Positions 53,836-64,000 of a stretch of 64,000 nt of DNA are shown here, in pieces. Each line of letters starts with the position of its first letter. Within the stretch, counting starts at the first letter, position 1. This DNA is from the human T2T-CHM13v2.0 reference genome, Homo sapiens, in assembly GCF_009914755.1 (NCBI RefSeq), contig NC_060934.1; one strand, written 5' to 3'. The position numbers and the translations under genes are program-made. The notes beneath the pieces are model-generated. The model was given only the letters and a program-made list of their open reading frames with translations, searched no databases and was not told the DNA's origin.

Positions 53836-54512
53836 ACAACCCTACTTCAGACCCTGCCACTTTGACCTTGAGGCTTCCCGCCTGGCCATGTTTGCCTGGG
53901 GGAGGAAAGTGTAGCCATGGGTTGCCTCCCTGGGCCCATCCTTCTTCCCACATGCTCACCTCTTCTCCACCGCATTGTTGTGCATCTCATTCCACTTCTT
54001 CAGCTCCCCGTCCCTCCACTTCCCACCCTCAGAGCATGGAATGGAAGAAGAGTTCAGAACAGCTACTTACAAAGATAACAGAGCCAGAAGACCTTATCTA
54101 CATACAAAGATAACAGAGCCAGGACCTTTGGTCCTCTGGAAATTGCTACAGACTCAGAGGTTTCAGCCCCAGCACTCACAGGGCAAATTATGTAGCCCCA
54201 GTGACTCTGAGCCACAGACCCTGTCTCATCAGCAGCAAGCAATGAATTAACACATGGCATGAACATGTTTGTTCTTTTGTTTCTCATGCCACAACTAGGA
54301 GGGCAGTAAGGCAGGGACTTCGAGCCCATTTTACCGATAGAGAGGTTCAAGGCTAGCCCGAGGTTGCCAGCCTGTGTAGGCAGGGCTCAGACTGGAACTC
54401 AGCACCGGGCCGGTTGGCCCTGGGCCCTGCCCTTTCCAGGGACCCAGGGCCTCCCTGATTGCCCCAGGGCCTGGTCTCTGCTGCCCCTTATGTGGTCCTC
54501 CTGTCCCCGCAG

Positions 54513-54707
54513 TGCTGGAGGCCTCAGGGGATGCGGCGCTGTATGCGGGGCTCGTGGTGGCCATCTTCGTGGTCGTGGCAATCCTCATGGCGGTGGGGGT
54601 GGTGGTGTACCGCCGCAACTGCCGTGACTTCGACACAGACATCACTGACTCATCTGCTGCCCTGACTGGTGGTTTCCACCCCGTCAACTTTAAGACGGCA
54701 AGGCCCA
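54513..54707 (+). CDS. UNC5B: UNC5B exon 9 (195 nt): transmembrane helix and caspase site DITD (D412)
   Basis: cgcag|TGCTGGAG...AGGCCCA|gtaaga; hydrophobic LYAGLVVAIFVVVAILMAVGVVVY followed by RR; DITD at 54638-54649 computes to residue 412. Confidence 0.98.
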
Positions 54708-55029
54708 GTAAGAACCCGAGGATGTCTGGGGTGGTTGGCAGAGGCAGGATACCCAGAGGGCTCTGGTGGTACCCAGACCAGAGCCAGGCTCCTGACTCCC
54801 TCCCAGGGTTTTTCCAGAGTTTGTTCTAGAGATAACTATGTGGATGGGTATGGATTAGAGAACTACCGAGAAGGAAGGCAGTGACCCAGGCTGCGGGATT
54901 CCCAAAGCTTCCTGCAGCTGGCAGCAATTGGGCCTTTCACAGCTGGACATTTGGGTGGGATTTTGCAGTGGGAGCTGGGCCAGTGAGCTGAGGCACAGCT
55001 GGGTCTGACTATAGCCCCTACTCCTGCAG

Positions 55030-55419
55030 GCAACCCGCAGCTCCTACACCCCTCTGTGCCTCCTGACCTGACAGCCAGCGCCGGCATCTACCGCGGACCC
55101 GTGTATGCCCTGCAGGACTCCACCGACAAAATCCCCATGACCAACTCTCCTCTGCTGGACCCCTTACCCAGCCTTAAGGTCAAGGTCTACAGCTCCAGCA
55201 CCACGGGCTCTGGGCCAGGCCTGGCAGATGGGGCTGACCTGCTGGGGGTCTTGCCGCCTGGCACATACCCTAGCGATTTCGCCCGGGACACCCACTTCCT
55301 GCACCTGCGCAGCGCCAGCCTCGGTTCCCAGCAGCTCTTGGGCCTGCCCCGAGACCCAGGGAGCAGCGTCAGCGGCACCTTTGGCTGCCTGGGTGGGAGG
55401 CTCAGCATCCCCGGCACAG
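55030..55419 (+). CDS. UNC5B: UNC5B exon 10 (390 nt): cytoplasmic linker and start of ZU5
   Basis: tgcag|GCAACCCG...GGCACAG|gtgagc; SNPQLLHPSVPPDLTASAGIYRGP...SGTFGCLGGRLSIPGT. Confidence 0.97.
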
Positions 55420-56064
55420 GTGAGCCCCTGCCCTGCTTGTGCGTCAGCCTGGCCTTAGCACCTCCTCTGTGGACTGCCCCAACACCCATCCAGCAGAAGA
55501 TAGGGCTGCCCTAATCCCATCTCACAGATGGGGAAAGGGAGGCCTGAAGGCAGGAAGTGAGTATAAAATAGAGAGGTCTGACTAGAAAAGCTAGGCTTCA
55601 AGCCTGCCTATGCCCTCACTAGGGCAGAGGAACCTTGGGCCAGCCATCTTCTAAGCTTCAGTGTCTCTGTTGTGTGAGAGAGAATATTCCAACGTAGTTC
55701 AGCAGACCTACAAAGCACTGTCCTGGAACTAGCAGCAGAGGGACAGGGGCGCCTGTTTTAGTTTGCAAAGCCAGCAATTAACAGCTTCCCAGCATCATAT
55801 ACTAAGCTAGGAGTAGAGCTGGCACTTGGACCTCCAGACACCATAGCAATGTCAGAGACCCCTGTCTTCCTAGACAAGCCAGCACTGGTCAGTGGCCTGG
55901 CCTCTGCTTGCATCCAGTCCCCAGACCCTGTCTCCCACCCCTGGCTGGGGACTACCTGGAGCTCAGGAGATACCTTTCTCTCCCAGCCCCAAGCTGGGGC
56001 CAACTTCCCAAACACTTGTTCTCCTAAGCTCCTGGACTCCCTGCTGACTTCCCTCTCCCCCTAG

Positions 56065-56152
56065 GGGTCAGCTTGCTGGTGCCCAATGGAGCCATTCCCC
56101 AGGGCAAGTTCTACGAGATGTATCTACTCATCAACAAGGCAGAAAGTACCCT
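56065..56152 (+). CDS. UNC5B: UNC5B exon 11 (88 nt): ZU5
   Basis: cctag|GGGTCAGC...AGTACCCT|gtgagt; GVSLLVPNGAIPQGKFYEMYLLINKAEST. Confidence 0.96.
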
Positions 56153-56299
56153 GTGAGTAGAGCCCCAGCCGCTGCTCCTTTTTCTTCCTCCCATCCCTTG
56201 CTGCCTGCCCACACGTGGCTCCCCTTCTAAGCCTGATGCCAAGACCAAACAGTCCTCCAAGGAAAGTATTAATCTTACTGTGTCCATATTGAAAACTTG

Positions 56300-56830
56300 C
56301 AGAACCAACACCGTAAATTGTAAAACTCAAAGGCGGTTGACAAGCTGGCTACAAGTGTGACAAAGGGCTGAATATCCTTACTATGTAAAGAGATTTTGTA
56401 GATCAATAAGAAAAAGTAAACATCTCACTGTGAAAATGGGCAAAGGATATGAACACGTGATTCACACACACTATCTCACACAAACACACTGGCCAGTAGG
56501 TTATGAGAAAATGTTTAGTCTAATTTGCAGAGAAAACTAATGAAAACCACCACAAGGTATACTGGGATTTTTAAATTATTATTATTAAGGAATTTGCAAG
56601 GACCTTTTCCCAAATGATAATACCCTCTTGCTGGCAAGGGGGTGGGAACATGGCCTTCTGTGGCACGTGGCCGGGAGTATAGATTGGAACCAGCTCCCTG
56701 GAGGGCACTTTAGCGTGACCTATTGAAAACCTTCCAAGATTACACAACCTTGGAAAATTTAAGCCAGGAATTTTGAGCTATGATAATGTTGCAGTGGAAT
56801 AGCAAAAATCTGGAAACAACCTCAAGGTTC
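56300..56830 (+). mobile_element. Old L1 (L1M) ORF2/3' fragment
   Basis: atcaataagaaaaag...aaaatgggcaaaggatatgaac...ggagtatagattgg...tggaaacaacct. Confidence 0.7.
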
Positions 56831-57002
56831 ATGCCATTTTCTTTGCCTCCTTTGCCCCCATGACCTCTGGGAATGCAGAGCCCTGAGTGGCAAAGAGCTG
56901 CCCTCCACCTCCCGGGCCCTGGGCAGACTTGGGAGCCCAGCAGGAGCCTGCACCTTTGCCGAGCTCTTCACTGCCTCTCTCCTACCCTGTGTCCTCCTCC
57001 AG

Positions 57003-57171
57003 CCCGCTTTCAGAAGGGACCCAGACAGTATTGAGCCCCTCGGTGACCTGTGGACCCACAGGCCTCCTGCTGTGCCGCCCCGTCATCCTCACCATGCCCC
57101 ACTGTGCCGAAGTCAGTGCCCGTGACTGGATCTTTCAGCTCAAGACCCAGGCCCACCAGGGCCACTGGGAG
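57003..57171 (+). CDS. UNC5B: UNC5B exon 12 (169 nt): ZU5
   Basis: tccag|CCCGCTTTCA...CACTGGGAG|gtgagg; [36 protein letters not shown]...QGHWE. Confidence 0.97.
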
Positions 57172-57297
57172 GTGAGGAGCCACGGTGAAGGCTGGCCCAG
57201 CTCTCCCAACCTGCCCAGGGAGGCAAAAGAAAGCCCTTTTCCTCTGGCCCAGCCTGAATAACTGTGACCACTACCCCACCCTTGCTGTCCCCTACAG

Positions 57298-57531
57298 GAG
57301 GTGGTGACCCTGGATGAGGAGACCCTGAACACACCCTGCTACTGCCAGCTGGAGCCCAGGGCCTGTCACATCCTGCTGGACCAGCTGGGCACCTACGTGT
57401 TCACGGGCGAGTCCTATTCCCGCTCAGCAGTCAAGCGGCTCCAGCTGGCCGTCTTCGCCCCCGCCCTCTGCACCTCCCTGGAGTACAGCCTCCGGGTCTA
57501 CTGCCTGGAGGACACGCCTGTAGCACTGAAG
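57298..57531 (+). CDS. UNC5B: UNC5B exon 13 (234 nt): end of ZU5, start of UPA
   Basis: tacag|GAGGTGGTG...CTGAAG|gtaggg; EVVTLDEETLNTPCYCQLEPRACHILLDQLGTY...EDTPVALK. Confidence 0.97.
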
Positions 57532-58937
57532 GTAGGGCCAGCTGCAGGTGCCCACACAGCCCTGGCCGGCCAGCTGCATGATCCCTGCCAGAATCCCCCA
57601 CCCCAGGCTCATGGGTCCTCCCAGGAACCCCTCCCCGCCACCAGCATTATTAGGTCCCGCTTGCGGCCCTCACACACTGAAACAGCCTTGGGCACAGGGC
57701 CTGCCTCACCAAGATCCAGGTTAGAGGTGGGAGGCAGACCAGGGATCCCTGAAGGCTCTGATGGGGTCTGCCCCAGGACTGAGGGAGCATCAGACTGGGA
57801 GGGGCTTGGGCTGGTAGGGAGGGACTCTGAGAAGGCTGACATGTAGGAGTTTCAGCAGAAAGGAGTGAAGGGCATTCCAGACCGACAGAAATGACTGCGT
57901 TTCATAAGCGTTTCAGCATGACAAACTAAAAGGCATAGGGAATGTGTGAATGTGAGGGCGGGCGAGATGGGCAGGGCTCAGCTTCCCAGAAGCCTCAGGG
58001 CCCCTTGCCAAGGAATTTGGAATCCATCCGGCAGGAAGGGGAATGGACCTGGTAGACACCTGTTCACAGGTGCTCTTTAGAAAGCCCCTGTGGCTATACT
58101 TGGGTGGGTAGATGAGAGGTGGAGAGGCCTGTTGGGAAGCTGGGGCTGGACCCTGGGCCACAGGGAGTGACAGCAGCCAGGAGAGGCGGGGCTGGATGCT
58201 GCGTGTGCTCAGTCAAATGGACAGAACCGGTGACTGATGGGATGGGCAGTGGGAGAGGGAAGTTAAGGCTGACAGCCAGGCTCCTAGCATATGCAGAAGG
58301 ATGGAGAGCGGTGCCCCAAGTGAAGGAAGGGTCATGCAGATGAGGGGTGGTTGGGACAGGAGGGAGGGAAGGGGAGGGAAGGGTCTTTTAGTACCTAGAG
58401 CCTGATGATGGCAGGTATGGAGCCCCGTGTTAGCACCACTGTCCCCTGCCAGCCTCAGAGCCCTTGTGCATTCCCCCAAGTTCTCCTCCCATTCTCAGGA
58501 GCTCAGGCTCATCCTGATGTAACCCTGGAAGCATACAGACACTTGGCCGTGTGTGAGCCCCTTCCCCTCCCTCCTCCCATCTGCCCTCCTCAGCGCCTCA
58601 TGGTCCTTTCCCATGGCTCCATGCACTTTCTGTTCCTGCTCCCTGGCCCCGTCCAGCTCCTTCATCTCCCAGGCTCATGGGACTTGTCCCAAAGCCCACA
58701 CTGCAGACAACATAGGTGAAAGGCCCATGGGAGAAGGAGTGTCCCCTGCTGGGAGGACCCTGGCTTGAGATGCCAGTGGCCCTGTGATGGGTGCAAGGTG
58801 CCTGGGAAGTGCTCCTGCAGCTGGATCTCTTGGTCCTGGGGCGTTGGCTAATGGCCAGCTTTGGCCAGAGAGTGGTATAGAAATCAAGAGAGAAGTTACC
58901 AGGTTTGGGCCTGATGGCATTCTTTGTTTATTCAACC

Positions 58938-59275
58938 CTCCATCCATCCATCTGTCCATCTGTTCATCCATCCATCTGTCTTTCTGTTCATCTGACCATA
59001 TACCCATTCAGTCAGCAGCCCATCTGTTTACCCAGTCATTGCTCGTCTATCCATTCATTTATCTTTTCTTCCATCTTTCTATTCATATACCCATCCTTGT
59101 ATATCCATCTGTATATTCATCTGTCTGTCTTTCTAGCCATCAATCCGTTTATCCATCCATCTGTCCATTTATTAGTCCCTCTAGCCATACGGTCATCTAT
59201 AGATTCATTCATCTAGTCATCTTTCCCACTGTCTGTCTATCCATCCGTCATCTATTCATCTTCTCACACCATAAG
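58938..59275 (+). repeat. Degenerate (CCAT/TCAT)n low-complexity tract in intron 13
   Basis: catccatccatctgtccatctgttcatccatccatc...; about 30 YCAY motifs by hand count. Confidence 0.9.
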
Positions 59276-59408
59276 CCCTCTGTGAGCTCTTGCAAATGCC
59301 CAGCCATGCACTCAGATGGGCCCCTGCCCCCTGCCCCGCACAGTGCCACAGAAGAGGCCCATTGGCCAGGTGTGATGGGTTCCCCTTCCCCATGCCCCTG
59401 GCCCACAG

Positions 59409-59558
59409 GAGGTGCTGGAGCTGGAGCGGACTCTGGGCGGATACTTGGTGGAGGAGCCGAAACCGCTAATGTTCAAGGACAGTTACCACAACCTGCGCCT
59501 CTCCCTCCATGACCTCCCCCATGCCCATTGGAGGAGCAAGCTGCTGGCCAAATACCAG
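59409..59558 (+). CDS. UNC5B: UNC5B exon 14 (150 nt): UPA domain
   Basis: cacag|GAGGTGCTG...TACCAG|gtgagg; [50 protein letters not shown]. Confidence 0.97.
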
Positions 59559-60175
59559 GTGAGGGCTGGGCTGATGGATGGGGAGGGGCACCACTTAAGG
59601 GCTGCCCGGGAAGCCCAGCTCCCTCCCGGGCCCTGCCTCCTAGCTCTGTCCTGTGGCCTTACCCCTCCCTGGATCTCTCACTGTCTCTGCCTCCTCCCAC
59701 CCCAGTCTCTAGGCTTTCAGCCATCCCCAGGCACGTCCCCAAATTCAGGGCAATGGGCAGCCACATGCACACTTCTGCCCTGTCACACCCTCACACGCAC
59801 AGACGCCTATGCCCTTCATCCTCACAGAGGCTCCTCACCCTTCAGGGCATGCCCTCCTGGCAGACTGCCCATCTCATCTCTGACAGCCACAGCCCGCTGC
59901 CCACCCAGCAGCACCTGAGACCACAAGGCCCCCTAGCCCCTGACACACACACACCTGTGCCTTTCCCTCCCCCACCTACCCACCCTCAGCTCCCTTCTGG
60001 AACTGAGGGCCTGACACCAACTCAGCTGGCTAGCTTAGGGCACTTGACCCCTCCCTATCTGGGTGGAGAGGCCTGAACTGCCCCCCAAAGCTCCCAACCC
60101 TCCCTGAGCCTCCATTTCTATGAGGACAGGGCAGGCTGGCCTTGCCTGCCTGGTCCTGACCCCCTCCTCCTGCAG

Positions 60176-60340
60176 GAGATCCCCTTCTATCACATTTGGA
60201 GTGGCAGCCAGAAGGCCCTCCACTGCACTTTCACCCTGGAGAGGCACAGCTTGGCCTCCACAGAGCTCACCTGCAAGATCTGCGTGCGGCAAGTGGAAGG
60301 GGAGGGCCAGATATTCCAGCTGCATACCACTCTGGCAGAG
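60176..60340 (+). CDS. UNC5B: UNC5B exon 15 (165 nt): UPA domain
   Basis: tgcag|GAGATCCCC...CTGGCAGAG|gtgagg; [55 protein letters not shown]. Confidence 0.96.
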
Positions 60341-60649
60341 GTGAGGGAAGTCGGGGCCACATATTCCAGCTGCACACCACACTGGCGGAGGTGAGGGAAG
60401 GGTGGGGCAGATATTCCAGCTGCACACCACGCTGGCGGAGGTGAGGGAAGGGTGGGGCAGATATTCCAGCTGCACACCACGCTGGCGGAGGTGAGGGAAG
60501 GGCGGCCAGATATTCCGGCTGCACACCACTCTGGTGGAGGTGAGGGAAGGGCGGCCAGATATTCCGGCTGCACAGCACTGTGGCATAGGTGAGGGAAGGG
60601 CCGCCAGATATTCCAGCTGCACACCACGCTGGTGGAGGTGAGGGCCAGA
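60295..60649 (+). repeat. 49-50 bp minisatellite (7 units including the exonic original) spanning the exon 15/intron 15 junction
   Basis: Unit ~GGAAGGG(T/C)GG(G)(C)CAGATATTCCAGCTGCACACCACGCTGGCGGAG|GTGAG; donor GT at 60341, 60391, 60441, 60491, 60540, 60589, 60638. Confidence 0.97.
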
Positions 60650-61456
60650 GGATACCTCTAGGGTTTGGGGCTGGGCTGCAGCACACAGAACCCTGTAGTT
60701 CCCTCTCACCTCCCAAGTCTGAGCGGGTATCTGGTCATGTTTTTCTAACAAGTGTCATTTATTGATTGAGTGCCATTCACATGCTTGGCATATACCAAAA
60801 AACTTACATGATCTCACAAGCACCGGGAGATGCATGACAGATATCATCCCCACCTGGGAGGTGAGAAAGTAGGTTTTAGGAAGGGCAAGGATTTGCACAC
60901 AGTACACCAGTGGCAAGACTGGATTCGAACCCAGGTTGATGCAAGGACCAGGCCTGTGGTTCTCAACCGTTAAAAATCCGGATTGAGATTTAAAAACCCA
61001 GGCCACCCAGGGTGACAACACTAGATCCTCCTCTTGGGGCATTGTAAAGAGCACTGGATACAGGTCTGGACCCAGGTCTGCCACTAACTTGGCATGTGGC
61101 CATGAGCAAGCCACTCCCCTTTTCTAGACTTCACTTTCCACCTGTACAAGAGGGTGCATGTGGATTAGACTGTGGCTGGGCCTCCTTGGGGCTTCCTAAC
61201 CATGAGGCTGCATCTGCATTTGCCTGGGGCCTTAGGTAAGCATGGTGCACCCCCTGAGGCCTGAAGGGTGGCCATGCAGGCCTTGCCCTTGGGAACCGAC
61301 CCTTCAAGGGAGAAGCCCCTGCCTGAACAGTGGGAGTCTGTCCAGAGGAGGTGGGAGTGACTCAAGGCTCAATGAGCTCACAGTCCAAGGGGAGGGAGGC
61401 TGGAGGGCAGATGCCCAGCACTGTGCCCCTCTCACTCTTGGCCCCCACCCTTGCAG

Positions 61457-61638
61457 ACACCTGCTGGCTCCCTGGACACTCTCTGCTCTGCCCCTGGCAG
61501 CACTGTCACCACCCAGCTGGGACCTTATGCCTTCAAGATCCCACTGTCCATCCGCCAGAAGATATGCAACAGCCTAGATGCCCCCAACTCACGGGGCAAT
61601 GACTGGCGGATGTTAGCACAGAAGCTCTCTATGGACCG
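61457..61638 (+). CDS. UNC5B: UNC5B exon 16 (182 nt): start of death domain
   Basis: tgcag|ACACCTGCT...ATGGACCG|gtgagt; [10 protein letters not shown]...[36 protein letters not shown]. Confidence 0.97.
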
Positions 61639-62659
61639 GTGAGTATCCCAAACCACAGCCCATCCCCATCTGCCTTCGTCCTCAAGGTCTCACAGGGGCA
61701 GGCAGGGCAGGCAGCCTGACAGCCACGACCATCTCCCAGACCAGCTGCCCTTTTGCCACCATTTGTGGCAAATCAGCAACTCAGGATTGGATATGCAAAG
61801 TTCAAGAATACTGCTCCCTTGAGGAGCATCATGCTCAGAGCACTGGTCCTTGAGCCAGGCAGACTCTCAGACCCTGCTCTTTTCCCATTGTGTGGGGATA
61901 ATGCTCCACCTGCCCATCTCACCGAACAGCAGGAGACTCAAAGCCAGGGCATCAGCTTGGTGCCATCATTGTCAGCACCTGGTATCTAGGACAGAGAATG
62001 TGCTGCGAGATGCTTGCTGACTGACCAAGATACACTTTGGTGTCAAAACTCCTTTGGAGAACCTCAAATGCTGGATAAGTGCTGGATAAATATAAGGCCA
62101 ATGATAATAAATATTATACTTATTGAAAGATGTGTAATAAACCTGCATTGAGTCTCAAAAAATAAATAAATAAAATATGCTTTAGATAAGACATTTTACT
62201 AGAAATGAATAGGACTTACAAAGATGGCTAAGGCTTTATTCCTCCTATCAGGGGAGTTCATGGGAGCAGGAGGGAACACGGGTGGGAGGAATGACCACAT
62301 GCTAGACGTGGTCATTCTCTCTTGGGGCCAGTGTCTTTCAATGATAATAATGATGATGATGAACAAGATGGTTACATGCTAGAGACAACGCTAGACCCTT
62401 ACTTTATATGATCTTGGATCTTGCTGAGCGGTAACTGGCATTGTTCCCATTTTAGAGACAAGGAGACTGAGATTCTGAGCCATAGGTTCTGAATTGCCGA
62501 GAGCCACACAGACTGCAGCACAGTAGCTGCAATTCAGACCCAGGACAGTGGGACACCAAAGCTCACAGCCTTCCCACTTCCCCTTGTGCCCCTTCACCTC
62601 CAGGCTCCGGGGAGGGGCTAAGTGCTTGGGAACCTCAGTGCCCTCCTTCCCTCTGCCAG

Positions 62660-62825
62660 GTACCTGAATTACTTTGCCACCAAAGCGAGCCCCACGGGTG
62701 TGATCCTGGACCTCTGGGAAGCTCTGCAGCAGGACGATGGGGACCTCAACAGCCTGGCGAGTGCCTTGGAGGAGATGGGCAAGAGTGAGATGCTGGTGGC
62801 TGTGGCCACCGACGGGGACTGCTGA
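62660..62825 (+). CDS. UNC5B: UNC5B exon 17 coding part: death domain C-terminus and stop codon
   Basis: gccag|GTACCTGAAT...GACTGCTGA; [54 protein letters not shown]. Confidence 0.98.
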
Positions 62826-63575
62826 GCCTCCTGGGACAGCGGGCTGGCAGGGACTGGCAGGAGGCAGGTGCAGGGAGGCCTGGGGCAGCCTCCTGATGGG
62901 GATGTTTGGCCTCTGCTTCCTCCCAGTTCACAGCCAGAGTTGCCTCTCCTCCTCCTCTTCCCCAACCCCCAGACCATGACCAGCCTTAGAAAATCCATGT
63001 ACTCTGTTGTTAGAGGGCCCAGAGTTCCTTCTCCACCCCCGCTCTCTCTCTCTTGGCCTGAGATCTCTGTGCAGGAACCAAGATGGGGCTGAAGCCTCTG
63101 GAGGCAGTTGGTTGGGGGCGGGCAGGCAGGAGGCCCTCCCTCCACCCCCCCACCCTCAGCCCGGCAACTTCTGGGTTCCATGGGTTTTAGTTCCGTTCTC
63201 GTTTTCTTCCTCCGTTATTGATTTCTCCTTTCTCCCTAAGCCCCCTTCTGCTTCCACGCCCTTTTCCTCTTTGAAGAGTCAAGTACAATTCAGACAAACT
63301 GCTTTCTCCTGTCCAAAAGCAAAAAGGCAAAGGAAAGAAAGAAAGCTTCAGACCGCTAGTAAGGCTCAAAGAAGAAGAAAAACACCAAAACCACAAGGGA
63401 AAAGAAAAACCCAGTTTCTTAGGAAACGCAAACGATTTATTATCCAGATTATTTGGATAAGTCCTTTTTAAGAAAAAAAAAGAAAATGAAAAACAACACA
63501 AAAAAAATAGAAAACTCTTTTCTTGAGTGTGGATGAGAATGGGCACGCTCACACTTCTGGCCAGGAGTGAATGTG

Positions 63576-63612
<37 letters not shown>

Positions 63613-64000
63613 ATGTACGCGTGTGCATTGAGGAGAGAGAGACTGAACAGAGAGTACTTTGCTGCTAACGAATCCATCTTGGACTAAATTCTGACAAGGC
63701 CTCAGTTTCCCCAGTTGTGCAGGGAGTAGGTCAGACAGGGTTTTCACTGTCTAGATTTAGCTGGTTAGATTTTCCTCTAAAATCTTAAGCAGATGCTGAA
63801 TCCATAAAGCCAAGGAGTGCTGAGGGCTGGAGTGGGTGGGCCCTCCCTCCCACAGCCCCAGGGAGATACATCTGGACTCCTGGGAATCTGGATTAAGAAA
63901 GTTGGGATGAAAGAGGAGGACTGCTCAGGCCAGTTGTGAGCCAGGGAGAATGTTCCAGTCTGGTTTTGGTCTGGTGGCTCCTAGAAAGGGATGTGGCCCA
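62826..64000 (+). other. UNC5B: UNC5B 3' UTR (partial)
   Basis: Follows the TGA of the last exon. I saw no AATAAA/ATTAAA before the window end, so the UTR probably continues. Confidence 0.8.
63578..63610 (+). repeat. (TG)16 microsatellite in the 3' UTR
   Basis: Uninterrupted TG run. Confidence 0.97.

Noticed and set aside
54708-54829. ORF extensions past exon donors (e.g. after exons 2, 5, 6, 9, 10, 13, 14)
   Set aside because: Simple intron read-through; canonical donors explain the true protein and nothing supports retention.
58784-59512. 242-aa ORF rich in S/I/H/P
   Set aside because: Translation of the CCAT low-complexity tract; it overlaps exon 14 in the wrong frame.
60035-60751. Overlapping minus-strand ORFs (238, 149 and 145 aa) with repeated peptides; CRISPR-like periodicity
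   Set aside because: These are by-products of the minisatellite. The units are contiguous with no unique spacers, there are no cas genes, and the DNA is mammalian.

Overview
Mammalian (almost certainly human) genomic DNA containing most of the + strand gene UNC5B, a netrin-1 dependence receptor also called p53RDL1. Bases 1-43430 are the 3' part of the very long intron 1; exon 1 and the promoter lie upstream, outside the window. Coding exons 2-17 run from 43431 to 62825 with GT-AG boundaries and total 2759 nt. With the 79 coding nt expected from exon 1 this gives the known 945-aa protein (Ig-Ig-TSP1-TSP1-TM-ZU5-UPA-death domain). The 3' UTR begins at 62826 and apparently continues past the window end. 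Introns hold the usual Alu, MIR, L2 and L1 remnants, fossil DNA transposons (MER3, MER5A, MER44A, MER102 and others) and microsatellites. Nearly all other ORFs in the track are spurious. The most unusual structure is a 49-50 bp minisatellite (60295-60649) built from the last ~46 nt of coding exon 15 plus its splice donor. It gives seven tandem AG|GTGAGG 5' splice sites just upstream of the death-domain exons, and every alternative donor would remove the death domain or trigger NMD. Other leads are NOVA (YCAY) and RBFOX (TGCATG) clusters around exons 7, 8 and 14, an AATAAA cluster in the last intron behind an immediate in-frame stop, a perfect palindromic p53-type element, and several motif-dense candidate intronic enhancers. 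Repeat family names come from recognising consensus sequences, not from a RepeatMasker run.
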